A stretch of DNA of 64,000 bases from a bacterium (GCA_012517375.1 JAAYVC010000037.1:3485-67484), one strand, 5' to 3'. Counted from the stretch's first letter, positions 48,403 through 57,729 are shown. Notes: generated from the letters alone by a model not told the origin. Numbers and translations are program-made.

Positions 48403-49227
48403 CTAAAGCCTGGCTACATCCTCGACTACAAGATTCAAAATCCTCGCCGCATCGCTTTGCGGGTGCTCCAGCACGTAGGGCTTTCCGCCGTCGGAAGCCT
48501 TAACTATCTCAGGATCAAGGGGTATTGCTCCAAGGAAAGGAACCGCCAGGTCCAGAGACGCTTGCTTGCCGCCTCCCTGCTTGAAGACGTCTATCACCTT
48601 CCCGCAATGCGGGCAAACGAGTCCGCTCATGTTCTCCACAATTCCGAGTGTCGGCACGTTCAACTGATTCAGGAAGCTCAGACATTTGCGTGAGTCAAGA
48701 AGAGCCACGTCCTGGGGAGTCGTTACTACCACCGCGCCAGATATATCGGGGATAAGCTGGGCAATCGACAGCGGTTCGTCGCCTGTTCCAGGCGGAGAGT
48801 CAATCACAAGAACATCGAGTTCTCCCCAGCGCACCTCGGCAAGAAACTGCTTCAAGAGGCCCATCTTTAACGGTCCCCGCCATATCACCGAATCGTCCCT
48901 GGATTTCAAGAGAGATGCGGTGCTTACGGCAACCAGGTTATCCATTACGGTTATGGGTTCTATGGTATTGTCCTCCGATACGCCCAAAGGCATTCCCTCG
49001 AACCCAAGAAGGTGCGCTACGGACGGTCCGTGGATGTCGGCATCCAGAATCCCGGTCTTAAGCCCTTTTTCCGCAGCAATGAGCGCGATGCTCGTAGCCA
49101 CGAAGCTCTTACCGACCCCGCCCTTGTTCGAAAGCACGAGCAGCTTCCTTTTGATGCGTCCGAGATTCGCCTCGAGTTTGCGGTCAAGCTCCTCCTGTCT
49201 CCTCATCTGTTCTTCGGATTGTATCAT
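48403..49227 (-). CDS. mrp: Mrp/NBP35 Fe-S carrier ATPase
   Basis: ATG 49227 after AAGGAG; KGGVGKS; DADIHGPS; WRGP; DSPPGTGDE; ENMS..CPHC. Confidence 0.94.
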   Translation of the reverse strand: MIQSEEQMRRQEELDRKLEANLGRIKRKLLVLSNKGGVGKSFVATSIALIAAEKGLKTGILDADIHGPSVAHLLGFEGMPLGVSEDNTIEPITVMDNLVAVSTASLLKSRDDSVIWRGPLKMGLLKQFLAEVRWGELDVLVIDSPPGTGDEPLSIAQLIPDISGAVVVTTPQDVALLDSRKCLSFLNQLNVPTLGIVENMSGLVCPHCGKVIDVFKQGGGKQASLDLAVPFLGAIPLDPEIVKASDGGKPYVLEHPQSDAARILNLVVEDVARL

Positions 49228-49279
49228 TTGAATATCTCCTTGGCTCCTGATCAGCTTTTTTCGGAGAAGTTTCCTGTTT

Positions 49280-49660
49280 CTAGTGGTGTCCGCAGTCTGG
49301 CTGACTGCACTCCTTAAGCGTGCCGTTCGAATAGGCGCGAGCGGCCTCTTCGGCGTTTTCCGTCTCGGTGAAAACCGGCTTGATTCCGGCTCCAACCAGG
49401 TCCGCTACAGCTCTTCTGCCCATCCCGCGGGCGATTATGACCTCTGAACCAGCGAGGAGGGCAACGAATCTTTCGTGACTGTGGTGGACGCCGTGCTCGT
49501 GAGCGGAATCGTGACCGTGATCGTTGTGGTACGGGTTGTTCTCGACAAGTTCCTTTTGAAGTATTTTACCTTTTTCCGCTTCGAATATAATAAAATACCT
49601 GGCCCTGCCGAAATGGGGGGCAATCGTTGCTCCGTCATCCGAAGGTAGCGCTATTTTCAC
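49280..49660 (-). CDS. NifB/NifX (IssA-like) family protein with His-rich insert
   Basis: PHFGRARYF; GMGRRA; [18 protein letters not shown]. Confidence 0.9.
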   Translation of the reverse strand: MKIALPSDDGATIAPHFGRARYFIIFEAEKGKILQKELVENNPYHNDHGHDSAHEHGVHHSHERFVALLAGSEVIIARGMGRRAVADLVGAGIKPVFTETENAEEAARAYSNGTLKECSQPDCGHH

Positions 49661-49672
49661 ATGTTCTCCTTG

Positions 49673-49876
49673 TTATTCGTTTATGTCATCGAGACAGCAC
49701 TCTATGCATTCATCGTAGAGCGCTTGCATCTTTTCGACGTGTTCTACTATGCAATCGAGTTTGTGACCTGCGGTTCCCGCTATACGCTCCCGGTTCAGAA
49801 CTTCCTCTGCGGCTTTGACAGCCTCGCCCATCGCGAAAAGCGCTTTTATTTTCAGATGCAGCCTTTCCGATTGCAT
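49673..49876 (-). CDS. Small helical hypothetical protein with Cys-rich tail
   Basis: SD AAGGAG 7 nt before ATG; fills operon gap; ends ECIECC. Confidence 0.55.
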   Translation of the reverse strand: MQSERLHLKIKALFAMGEAVKAAEEVLNRERIAGTAGHKLDCIVEHVEKMQALYDECIECCLDDINE

Positions 49877-49896
49877 GATCCATCTCCTTCATTTTG

Positions 49897-50118
49897 TCAG
49901 GCCTGCAACTCCTCTATTAACTTCTTTAGTCTGCGGGCCTGGGCTTCGACAAAACGTAAACGCTCTCTAAGCAGTTCCGTGTCGGTTTCTCCTGATGTCT
50001 CCCCACTAAATCCTTTGATTCCCCAACCGAGGCACCTGTATCCTCTCATGCGATATCCCATATTCGATCTTGATAATCTCCTGCCCCATAAAGGACCTGT
50101 TCCATCTCCACAAGGCAT
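49897..50118 (-). CDS. DUF5320 family protein
   Basis: MPCGDGTGP start; Gly/Arg-rich middle; C-terminal coiled coil. Confidence 0.8.
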   Translation of the reverse strand: MPCGDGTGPLWGRRLSRSNMGYRMRGYRCLGWGIKGFSGETSGETDTELLRERLRFVEAQARRLKKLIEELQA

Positions 50119-50120
50119 AG

Positions 50121-50492
50121 CTACTCCTTTCTTTCTTCTGAACTTTTAACCGCATTCCTTCCCCAGCATCTGCGCCGACCGTGAAAACCCGAAGCGGCCG
50201 ATTCTACAAGGTAATTGCCGCCGTTTACCTCGATGCCCTTGCCATCTATTACCGCACTAACGATTTTCTTGCGTGCAATCTCCAGAAGTCTCGACAAGGT
50301 GGGCCTCGATATCTCCATCCTCGAGGCCGCTTCCTCAAGATACATTGCCTCCATATCGACCAGGCGCAAGGCCTCGAGCTCATCATGTGTTACTATCACA
50401 ACCTCGAGTTCCCTCATCGGGATTCCCTTGGGCCCGAAGAAACCTATTCCGTACTCGCTAGCTATTCTTCTGCATTTACAGGGGCGGGGCAT
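50121..50492 (-). CDS. DUF134 (UPF0251) putative DNA-binding protein
   Basis: MPRPCKCRRI; DELEALRLVD; AASRMEISRPT; ARKKI..GG. Confidence 0.92.
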   Translation of the reverse strand: MPRPCKCRRIASEYGIGFFGPKGIPMRELEVVIVTHDELEALRLVDMEAMYLEEAASRMEISRPTLSRLLEIARKKIVSAVIDGKGIEVNGGNYLVESAASGFHGRRRCWGRNAVKSSEERKE

Positions 50493-50506
50493 CGCAAATT
50501 CTCATT

Positions 50507-50522
50507 ATGAACATATGTTCAT
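50507..50522. promoter_or_regulatory. Perfect 16-bp palindrome, candidate operator of the DUF134 operon
   Basis: ATGAACATATGTTCAT overlapping the -10/+1 region of minus-strand TTGACT-16-TATAAT (50521-50548). Confidence 0.65.
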
Positions 50523-50629
50523 TATAACAATCAAGAACGCGAAGTCAAGGTTCACTAAATCCAGGAGATCTCCTGGTCTTGCGTTATCGTTTATATGGGT
50601 TAGAATATCCCAAAACTAAAGGAGAATGA

Positions 50630-51142
50630 ATGACTGTTGAAGAAGCAATCAAGACGGCTATTGAATACGAGACCAAAGTCCGGGATCTTTACAACGAGGC
50701 TTTGTCTAAAGCGACCGATCCGGACGGCAAACGTATCTTTTCGTTGATGGCGTCAGAGGAACAGCATCATCTCGACTACCTCTACGCGAAACTCGCGAAG
50801 TGGCAAGCATCCGGAGAATTGACCATTGAGGGCCTCAGAACGGCCCTGCCGTCCAGAAAGAGAATCGAAGAGGGCGCAAAGGCCATGCAAGCCCAGGTAA
50901 GCAAGAGGGACTACGGAGAAGAGATTAACATGCTCGAGGAGGCGCTCGAGGCCGAGAAGGTAACCTCCGCTTTCTACCGCAAGATGGTCTCCGAACTTGC
51001 AGGCGAGGCGCAGAAGATGTTCGCGCACTTCGTCGAGATAGAAGAAGGCCATCTGGCGCTCGTGCAAGCGGAGCTGGACTCCGTAGGCAGAATGAGCTAC
51101 TGGTTCGGCCTAAGAGAGTTCGATCTCTATGGGGATAAATAA
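50630..51142 (+). CDS. Rubrerythrin/ferritin-like diiron protein
   Basis: AIEYE..LY; EEQHH; ALEAE..FY; IEEGH. Confidence 0.88.
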   Translation: MTVEEAIKTAIEYETKVRDLYNEALSKATDPDGKRIFSLMASEEQHHLDYLYAKLAKWQASGELTIEGLRTALPSRKRIEEGAKAMQAQVSKRDYGEEINMLEEALEAEKVTSAFYRKMVSELAGEAQKMFAHFVEIEEGHLALVQAELDSVGRMSYWFGLREFDLYGDK

Positions 51143-51144
51143 TA

Positions 51145-51180
51145 CTCCAAGAAATTCCACGGGAATTTCTTGGAGACCCC
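51145..51180. repeat. 14-bp hairpin; REP-like family member and possible terminator
   Basis: CTCCAAGAAATTCC-ACG-GGAATTTCTTGGAG-ACCCC. Confidence 0.7.
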
Positions 51181-51248
51181 GAATAAGTATATGAGTTTGT
51201 GATTCAGCCATGCCCTTGGAAACAAGCAAGCTGTAGAGATCTGTTGAG

Positions 51249-51599
51249 ATGAATGACATCGAAGATTTCAAGAAAGAACGTGAGCGGCTTCACAAGAAGG
51301 TAATGGAGTTCGCCGGAAAGAACATGAAGGCGTTCCATCATCTGGATTTCGAGACCTACGGTCCGGGAGCGCTGGACGCGAAGACCAAGGAGATGATGGG
51401 GCTGGTTGCCTCGCTTGTTCTTCGTTGCGAGGACTGCATAACCTACCACCTCTCAAGGTGCAAGGAGGAGAAGGTATCCTCTAAGGAGCTTGAGGAGGCA
51501 ATGATGATAGCGCTTATGGTAGGCGGTTCTATCGTTATTCCTCATCTCCGTAAAGCGGTTGATGAATGGTACGAAATGAATCCAGAGGAGGAAAGTTGA
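51249..51599 (+). CDS. Carboxymuconolactone decarboxylase/AhpD family protein
   Basis: GALDAKTKE; RCEDCITYH. Confidence 0.9.
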   Translation: MNDIEDFKKERERLHKKVMEFAGKNMKAFHHLDFETYGPGALDAKTKEMMGLVASLVLRCEDCITYHLSRCKEEKVSSKELEEAMMIALMVGGSIVIPHLRKAVDEWYEMNPEEES

Positions 51600-52093
51600 A
51601 GCTCACCGAAGAAGAAAAGAAAATGCTTTTCTCAACCCTTATCCACGAAGTTAGCTCCGCGGCGCGGAGCTCAGAAGACCCCAGAGTAGTATTGAAGTCA
51701 GTTTGCGATCTTCTCAAGGACAAAGTTCCGTACTACGACTGGGTAGGATTCTACCTGACCAATCCGGACGCTGAAAGAGAGCTTGTTCTCGGCCCTTTTG
51801 CTGGCGCACCCACAGAACACGTGCGCATCTCTTTCGGTCAGGGGATATGCGGACAGGCTGCCGAACGCAAGCAGACCTACGTCGTGCCCGACGTCTCAAA
51901 AGAAACCAACTATCTTTCATGCAGTCCGACAGTCAAATCCGAGATAGTACTGCCTATCCTCAAAGAAGGCGAGGTAATGGGCGAGCTTGACATAGACTCC
52001 CATACTGTTGACGCCTTCTCCGAGGAGGACAGGGCGTTTCTCCTGAAGGTCTGCCTTGCGGCGTCCAGGCTCCTTTACCGCGCTCGGGGATAG
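51596..52093 (+). CDS. GAF domain protein, free methionine-R-sulfoxide reductase-like
   Basis: WVGFYL; LGPFAG; GQGICG; YLSCS; SEIVLP; LDIDS; TTG after GAGGAGG. Confidence 0.88.
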   Translation: MKLTEEEKKMLFSTLIHEVSSAARSSEDPRVVLKSVCDLLKDKVPYYDWVGFYLTNPDAERELVLGPFAGAPTEHVRISFGQGICGQAAERKQTYVVPDVSKETNYLSCSPTVKSEIVLPILKEGEVMGELDIDSHTVDAFSEEDRAFLLKVCLAASRLLYRARG

Positions 52094-52103
52094 AAAGGTT
52101 ATT

Positions 52104-52288
52104 TCACCTTTCCCTGACTCCTTCCTGTGTATGGCGAAGCGAAGAAATACTAAAAGGGAAGCACTTTCCCCTGAGTCCGGGCGAGCAGCCTGGAATGGTC
52201 CTGCGAATCCATCTCAAAGCTGCACGCTCAGTCGTTGTAAAGGTCTGCGGAACAGCCCATGAATGCAGGGTAATCACGAGAAGGATGA
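52104..52288. ncRNA. Candidate ~185-nt rod-shaped RNA, 6S-like architecture
   Basis: Ends pair (TCA-CCTT/AAGG-A-TGA, CCTG/CAGG, ATGG/CCAT); central bubble; apical stem GGGCG-A-GCAGC/GCTGC-A-CGCTC. Confidence 0.35.
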
Positions 52289-52372
52289 TCTGAAGCGAAC
52301 GCTTGTTAACATTGGGTGCGTATCTTGACAACTGGGAAAGGCTAGGTATCCTAACAACCCGAAAGGATATAT

Positions 52373-53392
52373 ATGGATGAGACAAAGAAGAAAGTAAGGC
52401 TGCTTACGAAACAGGTGCTCATGAGGCGAGTTATTATCGCCATTATCCCATGCGTGCTTGCATCCATTTATTTCTTCGGGTGGCGCTCGCTCGTCATGGT
52501 TGTAGTTTCGTGCGTTACCGCCTTCCTTGTCGAGTTCATATTCACCCGGGTGCGCAAACCGCAGGAGCCAGTCTCAGAGGCTGTTTTCGTCTCGGGAATC
52601 ATCTACGCCCTTATCATGCCGCCGACCGTGCCCTGGCACGTTCTCGTGATAGGAATCTCATTCGCTATCCTCTTCGGCAAGATGGTTTTCGGAGGTTTCG
52701 GCCGCAACATATTCAATCCGGCCATGGCAGGCAGGGCGTTCGTCTACATCTGCTTTCCTGTGGCTCTCACTTCGCAGTGGGCAAGGCCAGCCGCTTTCCC
52801 CTGGGGTGCGCTCAAGATGTGGAGCACATCATCCCTTCCCGATGCAATTACTGCAGCAACCCCTCTCGCACTCGTCAAAGCCGGCGCCGCCCCCCCTCCG
52901 CCCCTCCTCGACCTTTTATTCGGCAACATTGCCGGCACGATGGGTGTTACCAGCGTTATCGCCATTCTTGCAGGAGGGCTCTACCTTTTCATCTCCGGCA
53001 CTGCAAACCGCTGGCTTACGCTCGCAACCATCGCGGCGTACGCCGGGTTCGACTTCCTGTTCGTCCTTCTGGGAGTCAAGACAGCCATGCCCGTACTGCC
53101 TGCCCTGCTGGGCGGCGGCTTCCTTTTCGGCGCATTCTTCATGGTTACTGATCCCGTATCCGCTCCGCAGACCACCCAGGCAAAGATTATCTACGCCGCG
53201 ATAGTGGGAACCGCGGCATCCGTGATCGGAACACTCTCCGTATTCAACGGCGGCTTCATGTTCGCGCTCCTTTTGGGAAACATGTTAGGCCCCATAATCG
53301 ATTACGTCTTCAAGGAACGCGCAAAGCGAAAAAAGGAACGCCAGAAATCAGAAGCAAAGCCCGCAGAGCAGCCGGCAGGGGGACCGTCATGA
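52373..53392 (+). CDS. nqrB: NqrB/RnfD family membrane subunit
   Basis: FGGFGRNIFNPAMAGRAF; FMN site DAITAATPL; FMVTDPVS; promoter TTGACA-16-TATCCT at 52325. Confidence 0.9.
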   Translation: MDETKKKVRLLTKQVLMRRVIIAIIPCVLASIYFFGWRSLVMVVVSCVTAFLVEFIFTRVRKPQEPVSEAVFVSGIIYALIMPPTVPWHVLVIGISFAILFGKMVFGGFGRNIFNPAMAGRAFVYICFPVALTSQWARPAAFPWGALKMWSTSSLPDAITAATPLALVKAGAAPPPPLLDLLFGNIAGTMGVTSVIAILAGGLYLFISGTANRWLTLATIAAYAGFDFLFVLLGVKTAMPVLPALLGGGFLFGAFFMVTDPVSAPQTTQAKIIYAAIVGTAASVIGTLSVFNGGFMFALLLGNMLGPIIDYVFKERAKRKKERQKSEAKPAEQPAGGPS

Positions 53393-54006
53393 GCACACCC
53401 TTAAAGGAGAGGGGCTGGTTCTCTATAGTCTTCATGTTCAGCCTTACCGCTATAGCGAGCGCAATCCTCATCATGCTCGCCGGCCTCACCAGGCAAAGGG
53501 TCGATGCAAACCAGAAGCTTTCCTTTGAGCGGTCGGTGCTGGAAGCTGTCGGCGAGACGGTTCCTAAGGGAGCATCCGGAATCGAGGTTAACAAGATTTA
53601 CAACTTACGCGTTAAAGATACCGTGGTCGCTAAAGACACATTCCTCGTGTATCATGCCAGCGATTCAACACTTTCATACATCATTCCGCTCTCAGGCGCA
53701 GGTTTCTGGGACAAGATTTCGGGCGTCATCGCGCTCGCCCCGGACAGGAGAACGGTTATCGGCATCTCCTTCTACCAGCAGAACGAAACGCCCGGACTGG
53801 GCGGCGAAATAATGAAGCCCTATTTCAAGAACCAGTTCAAGGGGAAGAAGCTTGCGGAAAGCGGAATCCCTATCGAGCTAAGACCGGTCGGAGCGCCTCT
53901 GGACTCAAGCTCGGTTGAAGCTATAACGGGCGCCACGCAAACCTCCACCAGACTCATGAAGTTCGTCAACGCAAGGCTCGACGCCTGGAGAAGGAGCGCA
54001 AAGTGA
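53389..54006 (+). CDS. nqrC: NqrC/RnfG FMN-binding subunit
   Basis: GAGFWDKI; ETPGLGGEI; EAITGATQTS. Confidence 0.9.
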   Translation: MSTPLKERGWFSIVFMFSLTAIASAILIMLAGLTRQRVDANQKLSFERSVLEAVGETVPKGASGIEVNKIYNLRVKDTVVAKDTFLVYHASDSTLSYIIPLSGAGFWDKISGVIALAPDRRTVIGISFYQQNETPGLGGEIMKPYFKNQFKGKKLAESGIPIELRPVGAPLDSSSVEAITGATQTSTRLMKFVNARLDAWRRSAK

Positions 54007-54644
54007 ACTCGTCTCCCAAGAGCGCGTCCAAGATAATATCCGACGGTTTGTGGGGCGACAACCCGGTTTTCCGCCAGATTCTCGGTATATGCAGCTCGCT
54101 CGCGGTAACCAACCTCGTTCTCAACACGCTTGTCATGGGTTTCGCGCTCACCCTGACGCTGGGGCTTTCGAGCATAACGGTTTCGCTGCTGCGCAACCTT
54201 ATACCGCGCAGGGTCAGAATGATGGTCGAAACGCTCATAATGGCGTTCTATGTCATCCTCTTCGACCTTGCCTTGAAGGCCTACTGGCCGGATATGAGCC
54301 GCAACCTTGGACCGTATGTCGGATTAATCATCACCAACTGCATACTCATGGGCCGCGCCGAGGCTTTCGCCATCTCTCAAAAACCGTGGCCTTCCTTTCT
54401 CGACGGCATCTTTAACGGGCTCGGCTACTCGTTCGTGCTTCTCGTCATCTCCGTTTTCCGCGAGATCATAGGCATGGGCAGCCTCCTGGGCATCCCGATG
54501 CCGTTCTTCTCCACACCGGCCTGGGACCGCTGGATTATCATGGTCATGCCTCCAGGCGCGTTCTTCACCCTTGCCGTTGTCGTATGGATATTCCGCTCCG
54601 TAAAGAAACCTCAATCCGATGAAACAAAGAAAGGAGCTTCATGA
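54003..54644 (+). CDS. nqrD: NqrD/RnfE subunit
   Basis: QILGICSSLAVT; GLIITNCILMGRAEAFA; PPGAFF. Confidence 0.92.
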   Translation: MNSSPKSASKIISDGLWGDNPVFRQILGICSSLAVTNLVLNTLVMGFALTLTLGLSSITVSLLRNLIPRRVRMMVETLIMAFYVILFDLALKAYWPDMSRNLGPYVGLIITNCILMGRAEAFAISQKPWPSFLDGIFNGLGYSFVLLVISVFREIIGMGSLLGIPMPFFSTPAWDRWIIMVMPPGAFFTLAVVVWIFRSVKKPQSDETKKGAS

Positions 54645-55243
54645 ACTTCGGGAACGAGATGCTTGGCGCAGTAGCGATACTCTTCGCAGCAGTATTCACG
54701 GATAATATTCTCCTCGCCCGCTTCCTGGGTATGTGCTCGTTCCTCTCCGTATCGAGGGAGGTAAAGACCGCACTCGGTCTTGGAACGGCTGTCGTGTTCG
54801 TTATGACCTTCACGAACCTTCTGAACTGGCTCGCTTACTACTACATACTAGTTCCCCTGCACCTCGAGTTCCTCCGCTTCATCCTCTTCATCATCATCGT
54901 CGCCGCCTTCGTGCAGTTTCTCGAGATGGTCATCGAGCGCTACTCGCCAACCCTATACCAGAACCTCGGGATATTTCTGCCGCTCATAACAGTAAACTGC
55001 GCGATACTTGGCGCGGCGCTCTTCATGGTGATTCGCGAATACAACCTGCTGCAGGCGGTCGCCTTCGGGCTTGGCGGCGGTCTTGGCTGGATGCTTGCGA
55101 TTGTCGCGATGTCGGGCATAAGACAGAAGCTTGCGAACTCGCGAATACCTCTGGGGCTCCAGGGACCGGGAATAACCCTCATCATCGCTGGGTTCATGGC
55201 GCTTGCATTCATCGGTTTTACGGGCGTTCTTTCGGGAAGATGA
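54641..55243 (+). CDS. nqrE: NqrE/RnfA subunit
   Basis: FLGMCSFL; LGIFLPLITVNCAILG. Confidence 0.92.
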   Translation: MNFGNEMLGAVAILFAAVFTDNILLARFLGMCSFLSVSREVKTALGLGTAVVFVMTFTNLLNWLAYYYILVPLHLEFLRFILFIIIVAAFVQFLEMVIERYSPTLYQNLGIFLPLITVNCAILGAALFMVIREYNLLQAVAFGLGGGLGWMLAIVAMSGIRQKLANSRIPLGLQGPGITLIIAGFMALAFIGFTGVLSGR

Positions 55244-55372
55244 TACAAATGCCTCTTTTCGTCGAAGGGAAGAAAACCGGAGTTATACTTGGTAGCCGGG
55301 AAAGACGCAGCACCCTTGACCTTTTGCGCTTCAGAGACTTCCTAATCCTTGAAAAAACCAAGAAGGAATCGA

Positions 55373-56482
55373 ATGGCTAATGCGCTGATCTCGATACTCG
55401 TAGTGAGTGCGGTAGGTGCATTTCTCGCGGCGCTTCTTGTAATAGCCGAGCGCTTCATTGCAAACTACGGAGAAGTCGAGATAGACATAAACGCAGGCGA
55501 GAGAACGTTTTCCGTAAAGGGAGGCAGTTCGCTGCTCGAGACTCTCAAGGCTCAGAAGATATTCATACCATCGGCATGCGGCGGCCGCGGCACCTGTGCG
55601 TACTGCAAGGTCAGGGTTCTTGAAGGCGGCGGACCCCTGCTTCCTACAGAGGAACCCTACATCGACAACAAAGCCCGGTCGGAAGGCGTACGCCTTTCAT
55701 GCCAGGTCAAGGTACGCAGCAATCTAGCCATCCGGATACCGTCGGAGCTCTTCTCAATCAAGGAATACGCTGGCGTCTGCGAAAAGATAACGGACTACAC
55801 CTACGATATAAAAGAATACCGCATTAAGCTTACCGATCCAGGGGAGATAGCCTACACGCCCGGCCAGTACGTTCAGTTCCTTGCGCCCGCCTACAAGGGC
55901 AGCCCGGAGGAGGTATACCGCGCGTACTCCATCTCCTCAGACCCTTCCGAGAAGGATCACCTCGAATTGATTGTCCGCCGGGTCACGGGCGGAATATGCA
56001 CAACCTATATGTTCGATCATCTTAAAGAGGGTTCCGAAGTCCGCATAAACGGTCCGCACGGCGAGTTCTACCTGCGCGATACGCAGGCGCCGATAATCTT
56101 CATTGCGGGAGGTTCGGGCATTGCGCCTATAAAGTGCATGCTTCACCATATGCATAATACCGCCAATTCCCGCAAGTCAATCTTTTTCTTCGGCGTGAGG
56201 ACTCTAAAGGACCTCTTTCTTTCAGACCGGATGAGCGCATTCGAGAAGGAACTGGCGGAATTCCGTTTCGTGCCGGTCGTATCCGAACCGGAAAGCGCGG
56301 ACTGGAGGGGCGAGAGAGGGAGGGTAACGGATGCTGCAAAGAAATACCTGGAGTCGCAACCTGATGCCGGAAATTACGAGGGATACCTTTGCGGAAGCCC
56401 GGGCATGATTGATTCCGCTATAGCCGTGCTTACCTCTCTCGGGATACCCCTCGATAAAATCTATTATGACAAGTTTTCATAG
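55373..56482 (+). CDS. nqrF: NqrF-like 2Fe-2S/FAD/NADH subunit
   Basis: N-terminal TM; SACGGRGTCAYC..RLSCQ; RAYS; GPHG; GGSGIAP; YLCG.P; DKF. Confidence 0.9.
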   Translation: MANALISILVVSAVGAFLAALLVIAERFIANYGEVEIDINAGERTFSVKGGSSLLETLKAQKIFIPSACGGRGTCAYCKVRVLEGGGPLLPTEEPYIDNKARSEGVRLSCQVKVRSNLAIRIPSELFSIKEYAGVCEKITDYTYDIKEYRIKLTDPGEIAYTPGQYVQFLAPAYKGSPEEVYRAYSISSDPSEKDHLELIVRRVTGGICTTYMFDHLKEGSEVRINGPHGEFYLRDTQAPIIFIAGGSGIAPIKCMLHHMHNTANSRKSIFFFGVRTLKDLFLSDRMSAFEKELAEFRFVPVVSEPESADWRGERGRVTDAAKKYLESQPDAGNYEGYLCGSPGMIDSAIAVLTSLGIPLDKIYYDKFS

Positions 56483-56491
56483 GTTGGAGAG

Positions 56492-56947
56492 ATGAAGAAA
56501 TCACCGCAGATGAAGAAGCTTGAGGAGACGCTTCGGGAATCCAAGCTCTCCCTGGCGGGATTCCTCGGCAACGACGCCAGAGACCTCACGGAGATCCTCG
56601 ACGCAGACGCCCGCGAGGTCGCCTCGCTCGGTCTTACCATGGAAGAGATAGCCGAAAGGATGCATGAGCTTACCGAACTCGCAAAAGCGGAGCTAGGCGC
56701 AAGCTGCAGCGTATCTGGTAATATCGAGGTCTGCGCGGATGACAACCGCGGCCTCATACCCTGTCCGTGGCCTCACGGCGCGCTTTGCCAGAAGACGGTT
56801 ACGACAGCCACGCGTGTCGACCTTGGGAAAAAAATACAATGGTCCGATCTTTCCATACATCTTATCATGGAGCACGGATTCTTTCAGGGCAAGGGCTCTC
56901 CCTTCAGGCTGGAGCCTCGCGAGCTGGTTGAAATTATCTTCGGATAG
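56492..56947 (+). CDS. Hypothetical protein
   Basis: SD GGAG; 9 bp after nqrF; GFLG.D.R, CPWPH, HGFFQG motifs. Confidence 0.75.
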   Translation: MKKSPQMKKLEETLRESKLSLAGFLGNDARDLTEILDADAREVASLGLTMEEIAERMHELTELAKAELGASCSVSGNIEVCADDNRGLIPCPWPHGALCQKTVTTATRVDLGKKIQWSDLSIHLIMEHGFFQGKGSPFRLEPRELVEIIFG

Positions 56948-57027
56948 AGTATCATTTGATGCGATTGTCTAATCCTTCCGCACTCATAAAGAAGGATAAT
57001 CTGAAATATTAAAACATGGAGTTAGTG

Positions 57028-57189
57028 ATGAAAAGATACGTATGCAACGTTTGCGGATACGTTTACGACCCGGCAGAAGGCGATCCTGAGCACGATATAT
57101 CTGCTGGTACACCCTTCGAGGAACTGCCTGCGGACTGGACCTGTCCGGTTTGCGGAGCCTCCAAAGACGAATTCTCGCCGGAAGATTGA
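57028..57189 (+). CDS. Rubredoxin (53 aa, not in ORF track)
   Basis: [53 protein letters not shown]. Confidence 0.97.
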   Translation: MKRYVCNVCGYVYDPAEGDPEHDISAGTPFEELPADWTCPVCGASKDEFSPED

Positions 57190-57299
57190 TTTGTGAATAA
57201 CTACATTCGACATTGAAGGGCAACATCAAGTTTAGCGACTTCAGATAACAAAGCGGCCTTGCTTTGCCGCGATGCCTGACGAAGCCGGTTCGTCTTATG

Positions 57300-57631
57300 C
57301 GAACCTGCGTGTCCGGCTCCCAGTCTCCGAACCTCGCTTTCGCCTCGACCTCAACGGGTCTCCCATCTATCTCTATGCGCTTGATTATCTTAGACTTATG
57401 CTTGCGGGAGGCATGCCCTTTCCGCTTGCGTCGCTTGTGAGAGCGTCGAAGACAATCTATAAGCGCTTCCCGGTCAGGAGTTGTGTGGCGGTGAATAGAG
57501 TGGCAGATGGCCTCATGACTGATGGATAAGCCAGGCTTATCTATCCTGCCCGCTATCTGCTCCGGCTGTCAGTCTTCCTTGAGCTTAACGGCTACATATT
57601 CCCCGCTTGCATCGCTCTTCAACCTCTCCTT
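57300..57631 (-). pseudogene. IS30-family transposase fragment
   Basis: Minus-strand translation YVAVKLKED*QPEQIAGRI..ISHEAI..RPVEVEAKARFGDWEPDT; conserved Trp replaced by TGA; both ends missing. Confidence 0.85.
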
Positions 57632-57729
57632 GAGGATTTCAAAGTTTATTCGTAAAAACCCTCTGCCAGGGTTCATTAATCATATGATGAGTTAAGCCGC
57701 TCAATAAACCGTGAAAGAGTAAGCTGTCG

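Noticed and set aside
49710-49892. Alternative 60-aa Arg/Ser-rich ORF
   Set aside because: The overlapping 67-aa frame has better SD spacing and more protein-like composition.
52104-52385. 93-aa minus-strand ORF
   Set aside because: No SD or motifs; it overlaps the nqrB promoter and start.
57272-57529. 85-aa plus-strand ORF
   Set aside because: Antisense shadow of the IS30 fragment.
57568-57570. In-frame TGA as selenocysteine or recoded Trp
   Set aside because: It lies in a truncated transposase; TGA is a normal stop elsewhere (dnaA, sigma, copA).
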